Shown here in pieces: positions 51,046 to 61,406 of a stretch of DNA of 61,749 nucleotides. The notes beneath the pieces are model-generated. The model ran no database searches, had not been told where the DNA came from, and saw only the letters and a list, made by a program, of their open reading frames with translations. Within the stretch, counting starts at the first letter, position 1; each line of letters begins with the position of its first letter. Position numbers and translations under genes: made by a program. The stretch is from Aciduliprofundum sp. (GTDB lineage: Archaea > Thermoplasmatota > Thermoplasmata > Thermoplasmatales > Aciduliprofundaceae). The stretch lies in NCBI GenBank assembly GCA_015520565.1, contig WAPW01000045.1, positions 1-61,749 on the forward strand, given 5' to 3'.

Positions 51046-51435
51046 ATGCAGAATGATCCACTAAGTGATGCGCTTTCGCGTATAAACAACGCTGCTATGG
51101 CTGGAAGGAGAGAAGTGATAATAAAGCCAGCCTCAAAGCTCATAGGTAGGGTTCTAAAAATAATGCAAGACCACTCATACATTGAAGAATTTGAATATGT
51201 TGAGGATGGAAGGGGAGGTCTTTTCAAAGTTCATCTTGCAGCAACTATAAACAGATGCGGGGCAATAAAGCCAAGGTTTGCAGTTAAGAGGGATGACTTG
51301 GAGAAGTTTGAATCAAGGTACTTGCCAGCACAGGACTTTGGAATACTCATAATCACTACAAACAAAGGTGTGATGACCCATAGTGATGCAAAGAAGATGG
51401 GAGTTGGAGGAAAGCTATTGGCCTATGTGTACTGA
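51046..51435 (+). CDS. rps8: 30S ribosomal protein S8
   Basis: [23 protein letters not shown]. Confidence 0.96.
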   Translation: MQNDPLSDALSRINNAAMAGRREVIIKPASKLIGRVLKIMQDHSYIEEFEYVEDGRGGLFKVHLAATINRCGAIKPRFAVKRDDLEKFESRYLPAQDFGILIITTNKGVMTHSDAKKMGVGGKLLAYVY

Positions 51436-51445
51436 GGTGATATGA

Positions 51446-51982
51446 ATGCCAGTTGCAGATGTAGTTAAGCATGAAATTCCGATTCCAGAAGGTATTGAAG
51501 CCCGTTTAGATGGATTTGACCTTCACATCAAAGGTCCAAAGGGTGAGTTAGTTAGAGAGTTCAAGCATACAAGAGTTAAGATGAAGATAGAGGATGGAAA
51601 AATCGTAGTTTATTGTCCATTGCCAAAGAAAAAAGAGTACGCTCTAGCTGGTACATGGAAAGCTCATGTGCTCAATATGATTAAAGGAGTTACAGAGGGA
51701 TTTGAGTATCATCTCAAAATCCTTTACGCTCACTTCCCTATGAAAGTCACAGTTAAGGGAAATAAGGTTGTAATAGAGAATTTCATGGGTGAGAGATCAC
51801 CCAGATATGCTGAGATATTTGGCGATACAAAGGTTGAGATAAAGGGAGATATGGTTATTGTAAAGAGCATAAACAAGGAGCATGCTGGGCAAACAGCTGC
51901 AAATATTGAGAGGGCTACGAGAATAAAGAATAGAGATCCCCGTGTGTTCCAAGATGGAATTTACATAGTTAAGAAGGGGTGA
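51446..51982 (+). CDS. rpl6: 50S ribosomal protein L6
   Basis: KGPKG, YAHFP, DPRVFQDGIY. Confidence 0.96.
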   Translation: MPVADVVKHEIPIPEGIEARLDGFDLHIKGPKGELVREFKHTRVKMKIEDGKIVVYCPLPKKKEYALAGTWKAHVLNMIKGVTEGFEYHLKILYAHFPMKVTVKGNKVVIENFMGERSPRYAEIFGDTKVEIKGDMVIVKSINKEHAGQTAANIERATRIKNRDPRVFQDGIYIVKKG

Positions 51983-51987
51983 ATTAA

Positions 51988-52401
51988 ATGACTAAAATCA
52001 AGCCAAAACTTACAGATGAGGAAAAAAGGCTCTTAAAGCTTCGCAATGAGATAAATCGTAAAAGGCCATGGTTCAGGAGGCAAGAGTGGTTCCGCTACAA
52101 GAGATTGGGAGATCATTGGAGAAGGCCCAAGGGCAAGCACTCAAAGATGAGGGAGCATAAGGGTTATAGGCCTCCTGTTGTGGATTCAGGCTATAGAGGC
52201 CCTAAGAAGGTTCGTGGCTTGCATCCCTCCGGCTTCAAAGAAGTCCTCGTTTATAATGTTAAAGATTTGGAAGGTATAAATCCTGAGAGAGAGGCAATAA
52301 GAATCGCTAGTAGAGTGGGAGTGAAGAAGAGAGCCGAGATAGAAAAGAGGGCAAAGGAGCTCAACATAAGGGTGCTCAATCCTATGCTTAGGGGTGAGTG
52401 A
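51988..52401 (+). CDS. rpl32e: 50S ribosomal protein L32e
   Basis: WRRPKG, GYRGPK, GLHPSG. Confidence 0.96.
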   Translation: MTKIKPKLTDEEKRLLKLRNEINRKRPWFRRQEWFRYKRLGDHWRRPKGKHSKMREHKGYRPPVVDSGYRGPKKVRGLHPSGFKEVLVYNVKDLEGINPEREAIRIASRVGVKKRAEIEKRAKELNIRVLNPMLRGE

Positions 52402-52402
52402 G

Positions 52403-52855
52403 ATGGATGTCAAGTTTCAGAGAAGATTGGCTGCAAGCATATTAAAATGCGGTGAAGAGCGTGTTTGGATGGACCCAAATGCCTTGGATGAAATTAAAGA
52501 AGCGGTAACAAGAGAGGATATCAAGATGCTCATAAAGAGAGGGCTCATCAAGAGGAAGAAGATAAAGGGTACTTCAAGGGTAAGGGCAAATTACATAAAG
52601 ATGCAGAAAGAAAAGGGTCGCCGCAAAGGCCCAGGCTCTAGAAAGGGGAAGAAGTATGCGAGATATCCAAGGAAGGAGAGATGGATGAAGACCATAAGGC
52701 CCATAAGAGCCACTCTTAAAGATTTGAGAGATAGCGGAAAGATTGATAGGCACACTTACAGGCGCTTTTACAGGCTTGCCAAGGGTGGTACATTCAAGAG
52801 CAGAAACCATCTTTTGATGCACTTAAAGACGGAAGGATACATTAAGGAGGAATGA
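52403..52855 (+). CDS. rpl19e: 50S ribosomal protein L19e
   Basis: QRRLAA, RVWMDP, GPGSRKG; SD favours ATG 52403. Confidence 0.96.
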   Translation: MDVKFQRRLAASILKCGEERVWMDPNALDEIKEAVTREDIKMLIKRGLIKRKKIKGTSRVRANYIKMQKEKGRRKGPGSRKGKKYARYPRKERWMKTIRPIRATLKDLRDSGKIDRHTYRRFYRLAKGGTFKSRNHLLMHLKTEGYIKEE

Positions 52856-53355
52856 AAATGGCAAGAAATGCAATATATAGGGTGAAGATGCGAAGAAGAA
52901 GAGAAGGCAAGACAAATTACAGGAAGAGATTGGCCTATCTTAAATCTGGCAAGCCAAGGGCTGTAGTGAGAAAAACCTTGAGGTATATAATTGTGCAGAT
53001 TGTAGAGTATCATGATGACGGTGATAAAATATTAGTTGGTGTAACTTCCTCACATTTGAAGAAGTATGGGTGGAATGGCTCTTTCAAGAACACACCTGCT
53101 GCATACCTAACAGGATACCTTGCTGGAAAGCTAGCACTTAAGAAGGGAATAGAGGAGGCAGTTTTAGATATTGGACTTCAGAGCCCTGTGAAGGGCTCAA
53201 GAGTGTTTGCAGTCCTAAAAGGAATGGTTGATGCAGGTTTGAATGTCCCCCATAGTGAGGAAGTTTATCCCTCTGAGGAGAGAATCAAAGGTGAGCATAT
53301 CTCCGAGGAAATTGCAAAAATGTTTGAAGAAGTTAAAGCTAAAATGGAGGTATAA
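52852..53355 (+). CDS. rpl18: 50S ribosomal protein L18
   Basis: [21 protein letters not shown]. Confidence 0.96.
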   Translation: MKMARNAIYRVKMRRRREGKTNYRKRLAYLKSGKPRAVVRKTLRYIIVQIVEYHDDGDKILVGVTSSHLKKYGWNGSFKNTPAAYLTGYLAGKLALKKGIEEAVLDIGLQSPVKGSRVFAVLKGMVDAGLNVPHSEEVYPSEERIKGEHISEEIAKMFEEVKAKMEV

Positions 53356-53357
53356 AA

Positions 53358-54011
53358 ATGGACTGGGAACCAAAAACAAGGCTTGGGAAGCTCGTTTACG
53401 AGGGAAAGATTACAAATATGTCCCAAGCATTGCGGAGCAACTTACCTCTTAGGGAGCCGGAGATAGTTGATGTTCTACTTCCAAACCTGAAAGAAGAGGT
53501 AATTGATGTTAGAATGGTTCAGCGTATGACAGATAGCGGTAGGAGGACAAAATTCTCAGTTATGGTTGCTGTGGGTAATGGAGATGGATTTGTTGGTATA
53601 GGCAAAGCGAAGGCGAAGGAAGTTGGAGCTGCCATAAGGAAGGCAATTGAGGTTGCAAAATTAAATATTATTGAGATAAAGCGTGGTTGTGGCTCTTGGG
53701 AATGCGGTTGTGGTATGCCCCATTCTTTACCATTCAAAGTAACGGGTAAATGTGGCTCCGTTAGAGTAACTCTAAAACCAGCTCCAAAGGGTGTTGGCTT
53801 AGCAGTAGGAGATGTAGCAAAGACAATACTTCAGCTTGCAGGAGTAAAAGATGTTTGGGGCTTTACGCAAGGGCATACTAAGACAACTGTAAATTATGCA
53901 ATGGCAACTTATGATGCCCTTAAGCAAACCACAATAGTTAGGGTAAATCCGCGCTTAATTATGCCAATCTACAAAGGAGGTGTAGAGAATGTTAGCAGTG
54001 ATCAGAGTTAG
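53358..54011 (+). CDS. rps5: 30S ribosomal protein S5
   Basis: [26 protein letters not shown]. Confidence 0.96.
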   Translation: MDWEPKTRLGKLVYEGKITNMSQALRSNLPLREPEIVDVLLPNLKEEVIDVRMVQRMTDSGRRTKFSVMVAVGNGDGFVGIGKAKAKEVGAAIRKAIEVAKLNIIEIKRGCGSWECGCGMPHSLPFKVTGKCGSVRVTLKPAPKGVGLAVGDVAKTILQLAGVKDVWGFTQGHTKTTVNYAMATYDALKQTTIVRVNPRLIMPIYKGGVENVSSDQS

Positions 54012-54465
54012 AGGTAGAACTGGAGTTAGAAGGGAAATAAGCGATACGCTAAAAATGCTAAATTTGACAAGAATAAACCATTGCGTGCTCGTACCTGAGA
54101 CCCCATCTTATAAAGGAATGCTTCAAAAGGTAAAAGATTATGTGACTTGGGGAGAGATAAACAAGGAAACTTTAGAGAAATTGATAAGAGCCCGTGGCAG
54201 GTTGTATGGAGATAAGCCCATAACGGATAAGTATGTGAAGGAGAGTATGGGATTTGAGAATATATCCGCATTGGCAGACGCAATAGTTGCAGGAAAAGTT
54301 CTCTATAAGGACATACCAAATGTAAAGCCAATTTTCAGGTTGCATCCCCCATTGAAGGGCTGGGAGAAGACAAAGAGGCATTTCACTGAGGGAGGTGCTC
54401 TTGGATATAGAGGCAAGGAGATAAATGACTTAATTTTGAGGATGTTAGGACCGGGGGTGGAATAA
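53989..54465 (+). CDS. rpl30: 50S ribosomal protein L30
   Basis: [21 protein letters not shown]. Confidence 0.95.
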   Translation: MLAVIRVRGRTGVRREISDTLKMLNLTRINHCVLVPETPSYKGMLQKVKDYVTWGEINKETLEKLIRARGRLYGDKPITDKYVKESMGFENISALADAIVAGKVLYKDIPNVKPIFRLHPPLKGWEKTKRHFTEGGALGYRGKEINDLILRMLGPGVE

Positions 54466-54891
54466 ATGGCAAGAAAAAAATCAAGGAAAATGCGTGGCTC
54501 AAATACATACGGGCATGGAATAAAGGGAAGAAGAGGCGCAGGTAGAAAGGGAGGCCGTGGTTATGCTGGTCTAGGAAAGCATCATTGGAGCTTTGCACTC
54601 AAGAATCTAGAGTTCCTCTGGGGTAATCATGGATTCACATCACATCATCCAAAGGAGGAAATTGACACGATAAATATAGGAGTGCTCAATGAAAATATAG
54701 ATACCCTTGTTAAGAATGGATTTGCAAAGCTTGATGGAGAAATATACGAGGTGGATTTGAGCAAAATGGGAATAAAGAAACTTCTTGGAAAGGGTAAAGC
54801 AACCAAGAAGATGAGAGTTAAAGTTAAATATGCATCTTCTAATGCCGTTCAAAAAATAGAAGATGTGGGTGGTGAAGTGATCTATGTCTGA
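54466..54891 (+). CDS. rpl15: 50S ribosomal protein L15
   Basis: RGAGRKGGRG, KLLGKG. Confidence 0.95.
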   Translation: MARKKSRKMRGSNTYGHGIKGRRGAGRKGGRGYAGLGKHHWSFALKNLEFLWGNHGFTSHHPKEEIDTINIGVLNENIDTLVKNGFAKLDGEIYEVDLSKMGIKKLLGKGKATKKMRVKVKYASSNAVQKIEDVGGEVIYV

Positions 54892-56683
54892 GGAAGAGAT
54901 ACCCCGTAAAAAGGGACTGGCTCTACCAGTACTGATCTCTTGGATATTATTTACATACCTTTATTTCGCTATAGTGAACTGGAAACTTCTTAGCTTGCAA
55001 GAAATGTGGAATATAATGACTGTACAATGGGTGAATTTTCTTATATACCTTGCATGGTCAGTCCCTCTGTTCTATTTGGGGTATCTCATGTTCTCTTATA
55101 ATGGGAACAAAAGTAAGCTCTATGGTTTAAAGCCAGTATTGGATTATTTGCCAATAATTAGAAAACCAAAGGGTCATGTTCACTTTAGACAAAAGCTAAT
55201 GTGGACCTTTTTGACCCTTATTATCTATTTCTCCCTCACAAATATCTACATTTATGGTTTGGATAAAGCAAAAACAATTGACCTATTTGCCTCATTTCGT
55301 GCTATAATGGCAGGTGCCTCTGGCTCTTTGGTACATCTTGGTATAGGTCCAATAGTAACGGCTAGTATAATAATGCAGCTATTTGTGGGTGCTAAGCTCT
55401 TCAACATAGATTTGACAAAGGACGATGATAAAGCCATATACCAGAGTACACAAAAATTGTTGGTTATAATAATGATATTCATAGAGGCAATTCCACAGGT
55501 ATTTGGATATCTTCAACCATCCAATGCTTTTGTAAATGGTTTAAATGCATTCGCTCCTGGCCATGGAATGTTTCTAGCGCAATTAATAATCGTTTTACAA
55601 CTCTTTTTTGGCTCTTACATAGTATTCCTCATGGATGAAGTTGTATCCAAATGGGGTATTGGCTCAGGTATCTCTCTTTTCATAGCTGCAGGCGTATCTG
55701 AAGCAATTTTCACAGGAATAGTATCCTGGATACCTCCCCATCCTCATCTGCCTTTAAGTATAAGTAATCCGCCTAGCGGCACTATACCAAAGACCGTGTA
55801 TATACTCACCCATAGTAGTGCTGCGCAGCTTTATGGAGGACGTATAGAATCAATCCTATTTGCTCCACCAAATCCGATAATAGCGCTTCTTGGTACAATA
55901 ATAATATTCTTATTTGTGGCTTATGTACAGAGTGTGAAGATAGAATTGCCATTGGCCCATGAGCGTGCTCGCGGTGCCCGTGGAAGATATCCGATAAAAC
56001 TGATGTATTCGTCAAATATACCAGTTATACTTACATCGGCCTTGCTAGCAAATGTTGCCATGTGGTCCATCCTATTTTGGAGCAATCCTGCATTGAGTCA
56101 TATACCAATTTTAGGGCACAATCCTTGGATAGGAGCGTATCCTACGCCTCAGCAGGCAGCACAATGGGGTATCAAAACCACAACGCCTATTGGAGGTCTT
56201 GCGTATTATCTCAACAGAGTTAGAGGTTTAAACTATTGGCTCTTACCTCTAATAAATCCGCAGGCGTACCATTATGTGTTCACATATCAAACTTACTGGA
56301 TGCTAGTGGCTAATGTGATTGTTTATGTAACCTTTATGATAGGCATGAGCATTCTCTTCGCTAAATTCTGGATTGAAACTGCAAATATGAATGCAAAGGC
56401 AATTGCAAAGCAGATACAATCAAGCGGAATGCAAATTCCAGGATTTAGGCGCAGTCCCGCGGTGCTTGAGAAAATTTTAAATAAGTATATCCCAGCAGTT
56501 ACTATCTTTAGCGGAGCTGCCGTCGGTGCCCTTGCGGCCTTTGCGGACCTTATAGGTACTGTGGGTAATACATCAGGTACTGGTGTGCTTCTAACTGTAG
56601 GTATATTAATTCAATTCTACGAAGCTATGGGCAAAGAGCAGTTGATGGAGATGCATCCTGTCATAAGGCAGTTCTTTGAGTGA
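54884..56683 (+). CDS. secY: Preprotein translocase SecY with extra N-terminal hydrophobic segment
   Basis: LGIGPIVTASII, KWGIGSGISLFI, YPIKLMY, QIPGFR, GTGVLLTV. Confidence 0.96.
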   Translation: MSEEEIPRKKGLALPVLISWILFTYLYFAIVNWKLLSLQEMWNIMTVQWVNFLIYLAWSVPLFYLGYLMFSYNGNKSKLYGLKPVLDYLPIIRKPKGHVHFRQKLMWTFLTLIIYFSLTNIYIYGLDKAKTIDLFASFRAIMAGASGSLVHLGIGPIVTASIIMQLFVGAKLFNIDLTKDDDKAIYQSTQKLLVIIMIFIEAIPQVFGYLQPSNAFVNGLNAFAPGHGMFLAQLIIVLQLFFGSYIVFLMDEVVSKWGIGSGISLFIAAGVSEAIFTGIVSWIPPHPHLPLSISNPPSGTIPKTVYILTHSSAAQLYGGRIESILFAPPNPIIALLGTIIIFLFVAYVQSVKIELPLAHERARGARGRYPIKLMYSSNIPVILTSALLANVAMWSILFWSNPALSHIPILGHNPWIGAYPTPQQAAQWGIKTTTPIGGLAYYLNRVRGLNYWLLPLINPQAYHYVFTYQTYWMLVANVIVYVTFMIGMSILFAKFWIETANMNAKAIAKQIQSSGMQIPGFRRSPAVLEKILNKYIPAVTIFSGAAVGALAAFADLIGTVGNTSGTGVLLTVGILIQFYEAMGKEQLMEMHPVIRQFFE

Positions 56684-56688
56684 TAAAA

Positions 56689-57234
56689 ATGAGAGTTGTA
56701 GCTGCAGGAGTGCCTGGAGTTGGAAAAACGAGTATATTGAACGAAGTGGCGGATAGGGCAAATTATCCTATTGTGAACTATGGCACTTTAATGTTTAAGA
56801 TGGCCCAAGCAGAAGGGTTGGTAAAAGATAGGGATGAGATGAGAAAATTACCAGTGGCTACCCAGAGAGATCTCCAAAAAAGAGCTGCAGAGAAAATTGC
56901 AAAGATGGATAATGTTATCGTGGATACTCATCTCACCATAAAAACTCCTGCAGGGTATTTTCCTGGGTTGCCAAAGTGGGTTTTGGATGCTATGAAGCCA
57001 GAGATGATTGTTGTCATAGAGGCTAGTGCCAAAGAGATATTTGAGAGAAGAGAAAAGGATAAAACGAGAAAAAGGGATTTTGAGAGTGTGGAAGACATAG
57101 AGGAGCATTTAAAGATAAATAGATATACTGCTTTTGCATGTTCTATCTATACAGGAGCTACGGTGTTGATATTGAAAAACAATGATGGTGGGTTGGAAAA
57201 AGCCGTAAATAAGTTTATGGAGGCCTTGCAATGA
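56689..57234 (+). CDS. adkA: Archaeal adenylate kinase
   Basis: GVPGVGKT, NYG, DRDEMRK, DTH, PGLP. Confidence 0.93.
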   Translation: MRVVAAGVPGVGKTSILNEVADRANYPIVNYGTLMFKMAQAEGLVKDRDEMRKLPVATQRDLQKRAAEKIAKMDNVIVDTHLTIKTPAGYFPGLPKWVLDAMKPEMIVVIEASAKEIFERREKDKTRKRDFESVEDIEEHLKINRYTAFACSIYTGATVLILKNNDGGLEKAVNKFMEALQ

Positions 57235-57920
57235 GTGAAGAACCTCAAGAGGCGCCACAACAGATGCCCGTTAGGCCAAAGCAATCTGGTATGAGTGGTT
57301 TATATATGACTATAACCTTGTTATTATTTATCATCCTATTTATTCCAAGTTTGAGAGAGGCCTTAGGTACTGCGGCTGGATATGTTTTAGAGCCGTTGTT
57401 TTCATTTAATTATAATTATCCCCTTTACACATTTCTTGCCACGGGGATTTTAGTTACGCTAATCAATACATGGGCAAGGCATCATTATACTGATTGGATA
57501 AAAATGGCTAGAATGCAAGCTAAGATGAAGGCATTCAACAAAGTGTACAGAGAAGCAGTTAGAAATCAGGATACGAATCAAATAGAAAAATTAAAGAAAA
57601 TTCAAACTCAGAACATGGCTGAGAATATGGAGGTGCAGAGCAACTCTATGAAAGCTACCATGTTCACCATATTTATAGTTATAGCAATATTTACTTGGTT
57701 ATGGGTTTTCCTTCAAACAAAGACACATTATACACTTCTAGCAATCCCTTGGAGCAATGCTATAGAGCTTAATAGAACTCAATATCTATTCCCCAATTGG
57801 CTTCTGATATATTCTGGGTTTACCTTGCCACTCAGCTGGGTTGTGACATATATATTCAAATACATGGAGTTCCGAAAGAAGATTAAAGAGTTCCCAGCTG
57901 AGGTTGAGGCGGTGGAATGA
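57231..57920 (+). CDS. DUF106 / EMC3-TMCO1 (Oxa1 superfamily) membrane protein
   Basis: TM, coiled coil, TM, TM layout; W..Y near the C-terminus; conserved position after adk. Confidence 0.87.
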   Translation: MSEEPQEAPQQMPVRPKQSGMSGLYMTITLLLFIILFIPSLREALGTAAGYVLEPLFSFNYNYPLYTFLATGILVTLINTWARHHYTDWIKMARMQAKMKAFNKVYREAVRNQDTNQIEKLKKIQTQNMAENMEVQSNSMKATMFTIFIVIAIFTWLWVFLQTKTHYTLLAIPWSNAIELNRTQYLFPNWLLIYSGFTLPLSWVVTYIFKYMEFRKKIKEFPAEVEAVE

Positions 57921-58456
57921 GGATAACCATCAGTGGGCCACCGGGAAGCGGAAAAACAACAGTGGCAAAGATTCTGGCAAAAAAATTAGGTTTTAATTTA
58001 ATATCTGGAGGGGATATATTTAGAGAGATGGCTAAGGAGCACAATATGGATATTATGGAGTTTAGCAAATACGCTGAAAATAATTGGGATATTGATAGGG
58101 AGATTGATAAGAGATTAGTTGAGCTCGCAAAGAAAAACGATAATGTAATTATAGATTCAAGGTTGAGCGGTTGGCTTGCATACCTAAACGGCATTCCAGC
58201 ATTCAAAGTATATATCCAAGCTTCTTTGCCCGTGCGCATTGAAAGAATTTGGAAAAGAGAGGGTGGAGAACTTGAAAGGATTAAGGAAGAGACCATTTAT
58301 CGCGAGAAAAGTGAAAAATTGAGATACAAGGAGATTTACAATATAGATTTTGAAGATTTGAGCATTTATGATTTAATTGTGGAGAGTGATAATTTAACTC
58401 CTGAGGAGATTGCTAAAATCATAATGGAGGAGAGTGGAGTTGGAGCGCAGCGTTGA
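57917..58456 (+). CDS. cmk: Cytidylate kinase
   Basis: ISGPPGSGKTT, FREMA, DSRLSGW, YDLIV. Confidence 0.93.
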   Translation: MRITISGPPGSGKTTVAKILAKKLGFNLISGGDIFREMAKEHNMDIMEFSKYAENNWDIDREIDKRLVELAKKNDNVIIDSRLSGWLAYLNGIPAFKVYIQASLPVRIERIWKREGGELERIKEETIYREKSEKLRYKEIYNIDFEDLSIYDLIVESDNLTPEEIAKIIMEESGVGAQR

Positions 58457-59306
58457 AGAATTGCTAAATTTCGGAGTGGTTATAATAGACAAGCCAAAAG
58501 GACCTACAAGTCATCAAGTTAGTGCGTGGGTTCGTGATATATTGCACATTAAAAAAACAGGTCATGCAGGAACTCTTGACCCCAAGGTTACTGGTGTATT
58601 GCCTGTAGCTTTGGGAAGAGCAACTAAGCTCATTAATCTTCTTCATCTTGTACCAAAGGAATATGTTGGCGTTATGCGCCTTCATAAAGATTTTGATGAA
58701 AATAAACTGAGGAAAGTAATGAAGGAATTTGAAGGAGAGATTTATCAAGTGCCACCATTGAGATCAGCAGTGGCAAGAAGATTAAGAAAAAGAAAAATAT
58801 ATTCATTAGAGATTTTAGATATACTAGAGAGGAATGTTCTTTTTCGTGCTAAGGTTGAATCTGGAACATATATAAGAACACTCTGCAACGATATTGGAGA
58901 GGCAATGTGCATAGGTGCCCATATGGAAGATTTGCGCAGAACGGCTACGGGGCATTTTAGGGAAGAGAATGCACATACTTTGCAAGATTTGCTAGATGCC
59001 TACATTTTTTGGAAGGAAGATGGGGAGGAAAAATACATTCGCAAGGTAATCAGGCCTGCCGAAGATATAGTTTCATTTTTGCCAAGGATAATAGTTAAGG
59101 ATTCTGCTGTGGATGCTCTGGCTCATGGTGCTCCTCTCTACAAGCCTGGTGTGCTAGAGATGGATGAGGTGAACAAGAGGGATTATGTGGCTCTTTACAC
59201 CTCTGCTGGAGAGCTTATTTCAGTTTCTGTGGCAGTTTTAGAAAATGATATAATTGCCAAGCCATTTAGAGTTGTTATAGATTCGGGAAGACATTCAAGC
59301 TCTTAA
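58434..59306 (+). CDS. cbf5: H/ACA pseudouridine synthase Cbf5 (TruB family)
   Basis: DKPKGPTSHQV, GHAGTLDPKVTG, GTYIR, PUA domain. Confidence 0.94.
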   Translation: MELERSVEELLNFGVVIIDKPKGPTSHQVSAWVRDILHIKKTGHAGTLDPKVTGVLPVALGRATKLINLLHLVPKEYVGVMRLHKDFDENKLRKVMKEFEGEIYQVPPLRSAVARRLRKRKIYSLEILDILERNVLFRAKVESGTYIRTLCNDIGEAMCIGAHMEDLRRTATGHFREENAHTLQDLLDAYIFWKEDGEEKYIRKVIRPAEDIVSFLPRIIVKDSAVDALAHGAPLYKPGVLEMDEVNKRDYVALYTSAGELISVSVAVLENDIIAKPFRVVIDSGRHSSS

Positions 59307-59308
59307 AA

Positions 59309-59382
59309 GGGCCCGTAAGCTAGTCAGGATAGACTGTGGGTCTTCGGAATCCACGACCCGGGTTCGAATCCCGGCGGGCCCG
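59309..59382 (+). tRNA. tRNA-Arg(TCG)
   Basis: GGGCCCG/CGGGCCC acceptor; anticodon loop CT-TCG-GA; A20; TTCGAAT; starts 2 bp after the cbf5 stop. Confidence 0.92.
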
Positions 59383-59504
59383 CTCAAAAAATTTCCAATT
59401 TTTTGCAAGGAGAGACTGTATTTTGCGAGTTTATTTTCAATTTTTTGAATGTAGGGTCCACGGGGATTCGCAATGGTTATTTCAAATTTTCAGAGGTGGT
59501 ATAG

Positions 59505-59663
59505 ATGAGGGATAAACCATATAAGTTGGAGATTTTGTGGAGTAATGGAGTGCTAACAGAGATAAGTATTACAGAGAAAGAAAAAGACCTTATAGAGAAA
59601 TATATGGAGCTATTTATTGTACCCAATACGAGCTTGAAGGAGAGCCCAGTGCTAGATCAGTGA
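59505..59663 (+). CDS. Small hypothetical ORF (52 aa), possibly a remnant
   Basis: SD GAGGTGG; MRDKPYKLEILWSNGVLTEISITEKEKDLIEKYMELFIVPNTSLKESPVLDQ. Confidence 0.4.
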   Translation: MRDKPYKLEILWSNGVLTEISITEKEKDLIEKYMELFIVPNTSLKESPVLDQ

Positions 59664-59976
59664 ACTATCAAACATAGAATGATATAGATGAATCACAATT
59701 CCCACGGTTTGCTTAACCTGTGGAGATGAGATGTTAACGAAGAAGAAAAATAAATAATCGTGGCCGTTGTGAATTTTAGATTTTTATATCACTTCTATAT
59801 TCTCCTGAGCAAAATAGAGTAAATTGCCCTAGAACCTACTCACCTTTCGGATAAAAACTATAAGGTGAGTAAAGATCGAATAAGCAGTACCAATTCTCTC
59901 TTAAAGGATTTCAATTTACTCATATAAATGCAAATATTAATATTAGTAACAACCATTCACTCTATGGTGATTAAAT

Positions 59977-60186
59977 ATGAATTTAATAAAATTGGATAGT
60001 TATGGCTGGCTGGATCGCTCAAGTGTGCATTCATCTTTTACAAAGAAAGCTAAGGATAATGGAACTCTGGTGAATTTCTATGACATTTGTTGGGAGAATT
60101 ATATACAAATGAAGGTGACTTCTATCAATGGTGTATATAGTAAAGACATTCATGGGTATTTATATTGGCGCATCTTCAAGAAGTAA
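59977..60186 (+). CDS. Small hypothetical ORF or gene fragment
   Basis: 69 aa ORF with SD-like GGTGA upstream; no recognisable family. Confidence 0.3.
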   Translation: MNLIKLDSYGWLDRSSVHSSFTKKAKDNGTLVNFYDICWENYIQMKVTSINGVYSKDIHGYLYWRIFKK

Positions 60187-60233
60187 TAAATTACTAGAAA
60201 ACTCTGATTTTTCTTCTACTTTTTAAGGTGATT

Positions 60234-60674
60234 ATGTTGAAGGTTTTGATGGGTGTTGGCAACGAACTTTGGGGCGATGATGCAATAGGGATTTACATTG
60301 CAAGAAATTTTAAAAAGGATGGATGGATAACCATAGATTGTGGCACGGTGCCCGAGGATTTCACATCCGAAATAAAGAGGATAAGTCCCCAACTTTTGGT
60401 TATTATTGATGCTGCGCAGATGAACTTAGAGCCGGGAGAGATAAGGATTGTGCCTAAAGAGAAAATTCCTAAGGTGACCTTCAGCACACATGGTATGCCT
60501 CTTTCTATTCTAATGAATTACTTAAAGCCCTTTACTGGAAGGATTATTCTCATTGGTATACAACCGAAGAATATGAAGTTCGGAACATATTTAAGTAAGG
60601 AGATTAGGGATGCAGGAGATAAACTTATGGAAGTTTTAAAGAAGGATGATTTTGAGGAAATTAAGCTCCTGTGA
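60234..60674 (+). CDS. Hydrogenase maturation endopeptidase (HycI-like)
   Basis: GVGNELWGDDAIG, GTVPE, IIDAA, STHGMPL, IGIQP. Confidence 0.92.
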   Translation: MLKVLMGVGNELWGDDAIGIYIARNFKKDGWITIDCGTVPEDFTSEIKRISPQLLVIIDAAQMNLEPGEIRIVPKEKIPKVTFSTHGMPLSILMNYLKPFTGRIILIGIQPKNMKFGTYLSKEIRDAGDKLMEVLKKDDFEEIKLL

Positions 60675-60715
60675 AAAATTAAAAAAGGGAGTAAATTTAA
60701 ATTTATCTTAGCACA

Positions 60716-60965
60716 TGCCTTGTTGTATAAAAAAGAGAGAAATAAGATGGGCTTTATGTGAATATGTTTAACTGGAGCGAATATAATGAGAGGATGGTAA
60801 AGGTGAGTAAAGATACTGTTTAATTTGTATTTGGTGAAGAACATGGATAAGAAGTTAAAAGAGATGGGCAAAAGAAAGAAAGGGAGGCCTTACATATACT
60901 CCCAACTTACTTTTTAGATTTCTTGGCTCTCTCAATTTTTTCTTTCTTAATTACAGAATTCTCCT
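60716..60965 (+). pseudogene. Frameshifted, truncated IS5-family (IS903-group-like) transposase with left-end remnant
   Basis: MFNWSEYNERMVK, then after a frameshift ILFNLYLVKNMDKKLKEMGKRKKGRPYIYSQLTFRFL...NYR; TGCCTTGTTGTATAAA resembles the GGC(C/T)TTGTTG IR. Confidence 0.7.
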
Positions 60966-61406
60966 CCTATACCCTACTAAGCAACTCTTATCAAATCCCT
61001 ATATATGATTATAGTAATTAATGGACTCATCTACGTATGTACATATGTCTTTAATAAATGATGAGTGAAACAGTTTTCTCTCATCGTGAGAGTCTAACTA
61101 TTATAAATTTCTAGAGTTGTATATTTTTACAAGAGTAAAAGAGGTGTTATATAATAGTGTTTTCAAATCCTAGATTTTAACAATATTTTGGCATTTTTAT
61201 GACTCTCTCGAATTGCATCAACTATGTATATGTGTGTTTTTCATATGTAAGTATTTTAATTTTCCCTATAACTTTTTAAATATCGTATATAATATAACGA
61301 TTTTCGGTATTCCTAAAACGAAATTTTATATGCTTGTTTACAATTATCATCATGATGAGGAATAAAACATAGGCAAATGGAGGTTAACAATGCGGAGGTG
61401 AAAAAT

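Noticed and set aside
57917-58456. Absence of rpl34e/rpl14e around cmk
   Set aside because: Consistent with known ribosomal protein loss in Thermoplasmatota; not novel
1299-60871. Numerous short antisense or alternate-frame ORFs in the ORF track
   Set aside because: They lie within well-supported genes and have no motifs; typical shadow ORFs
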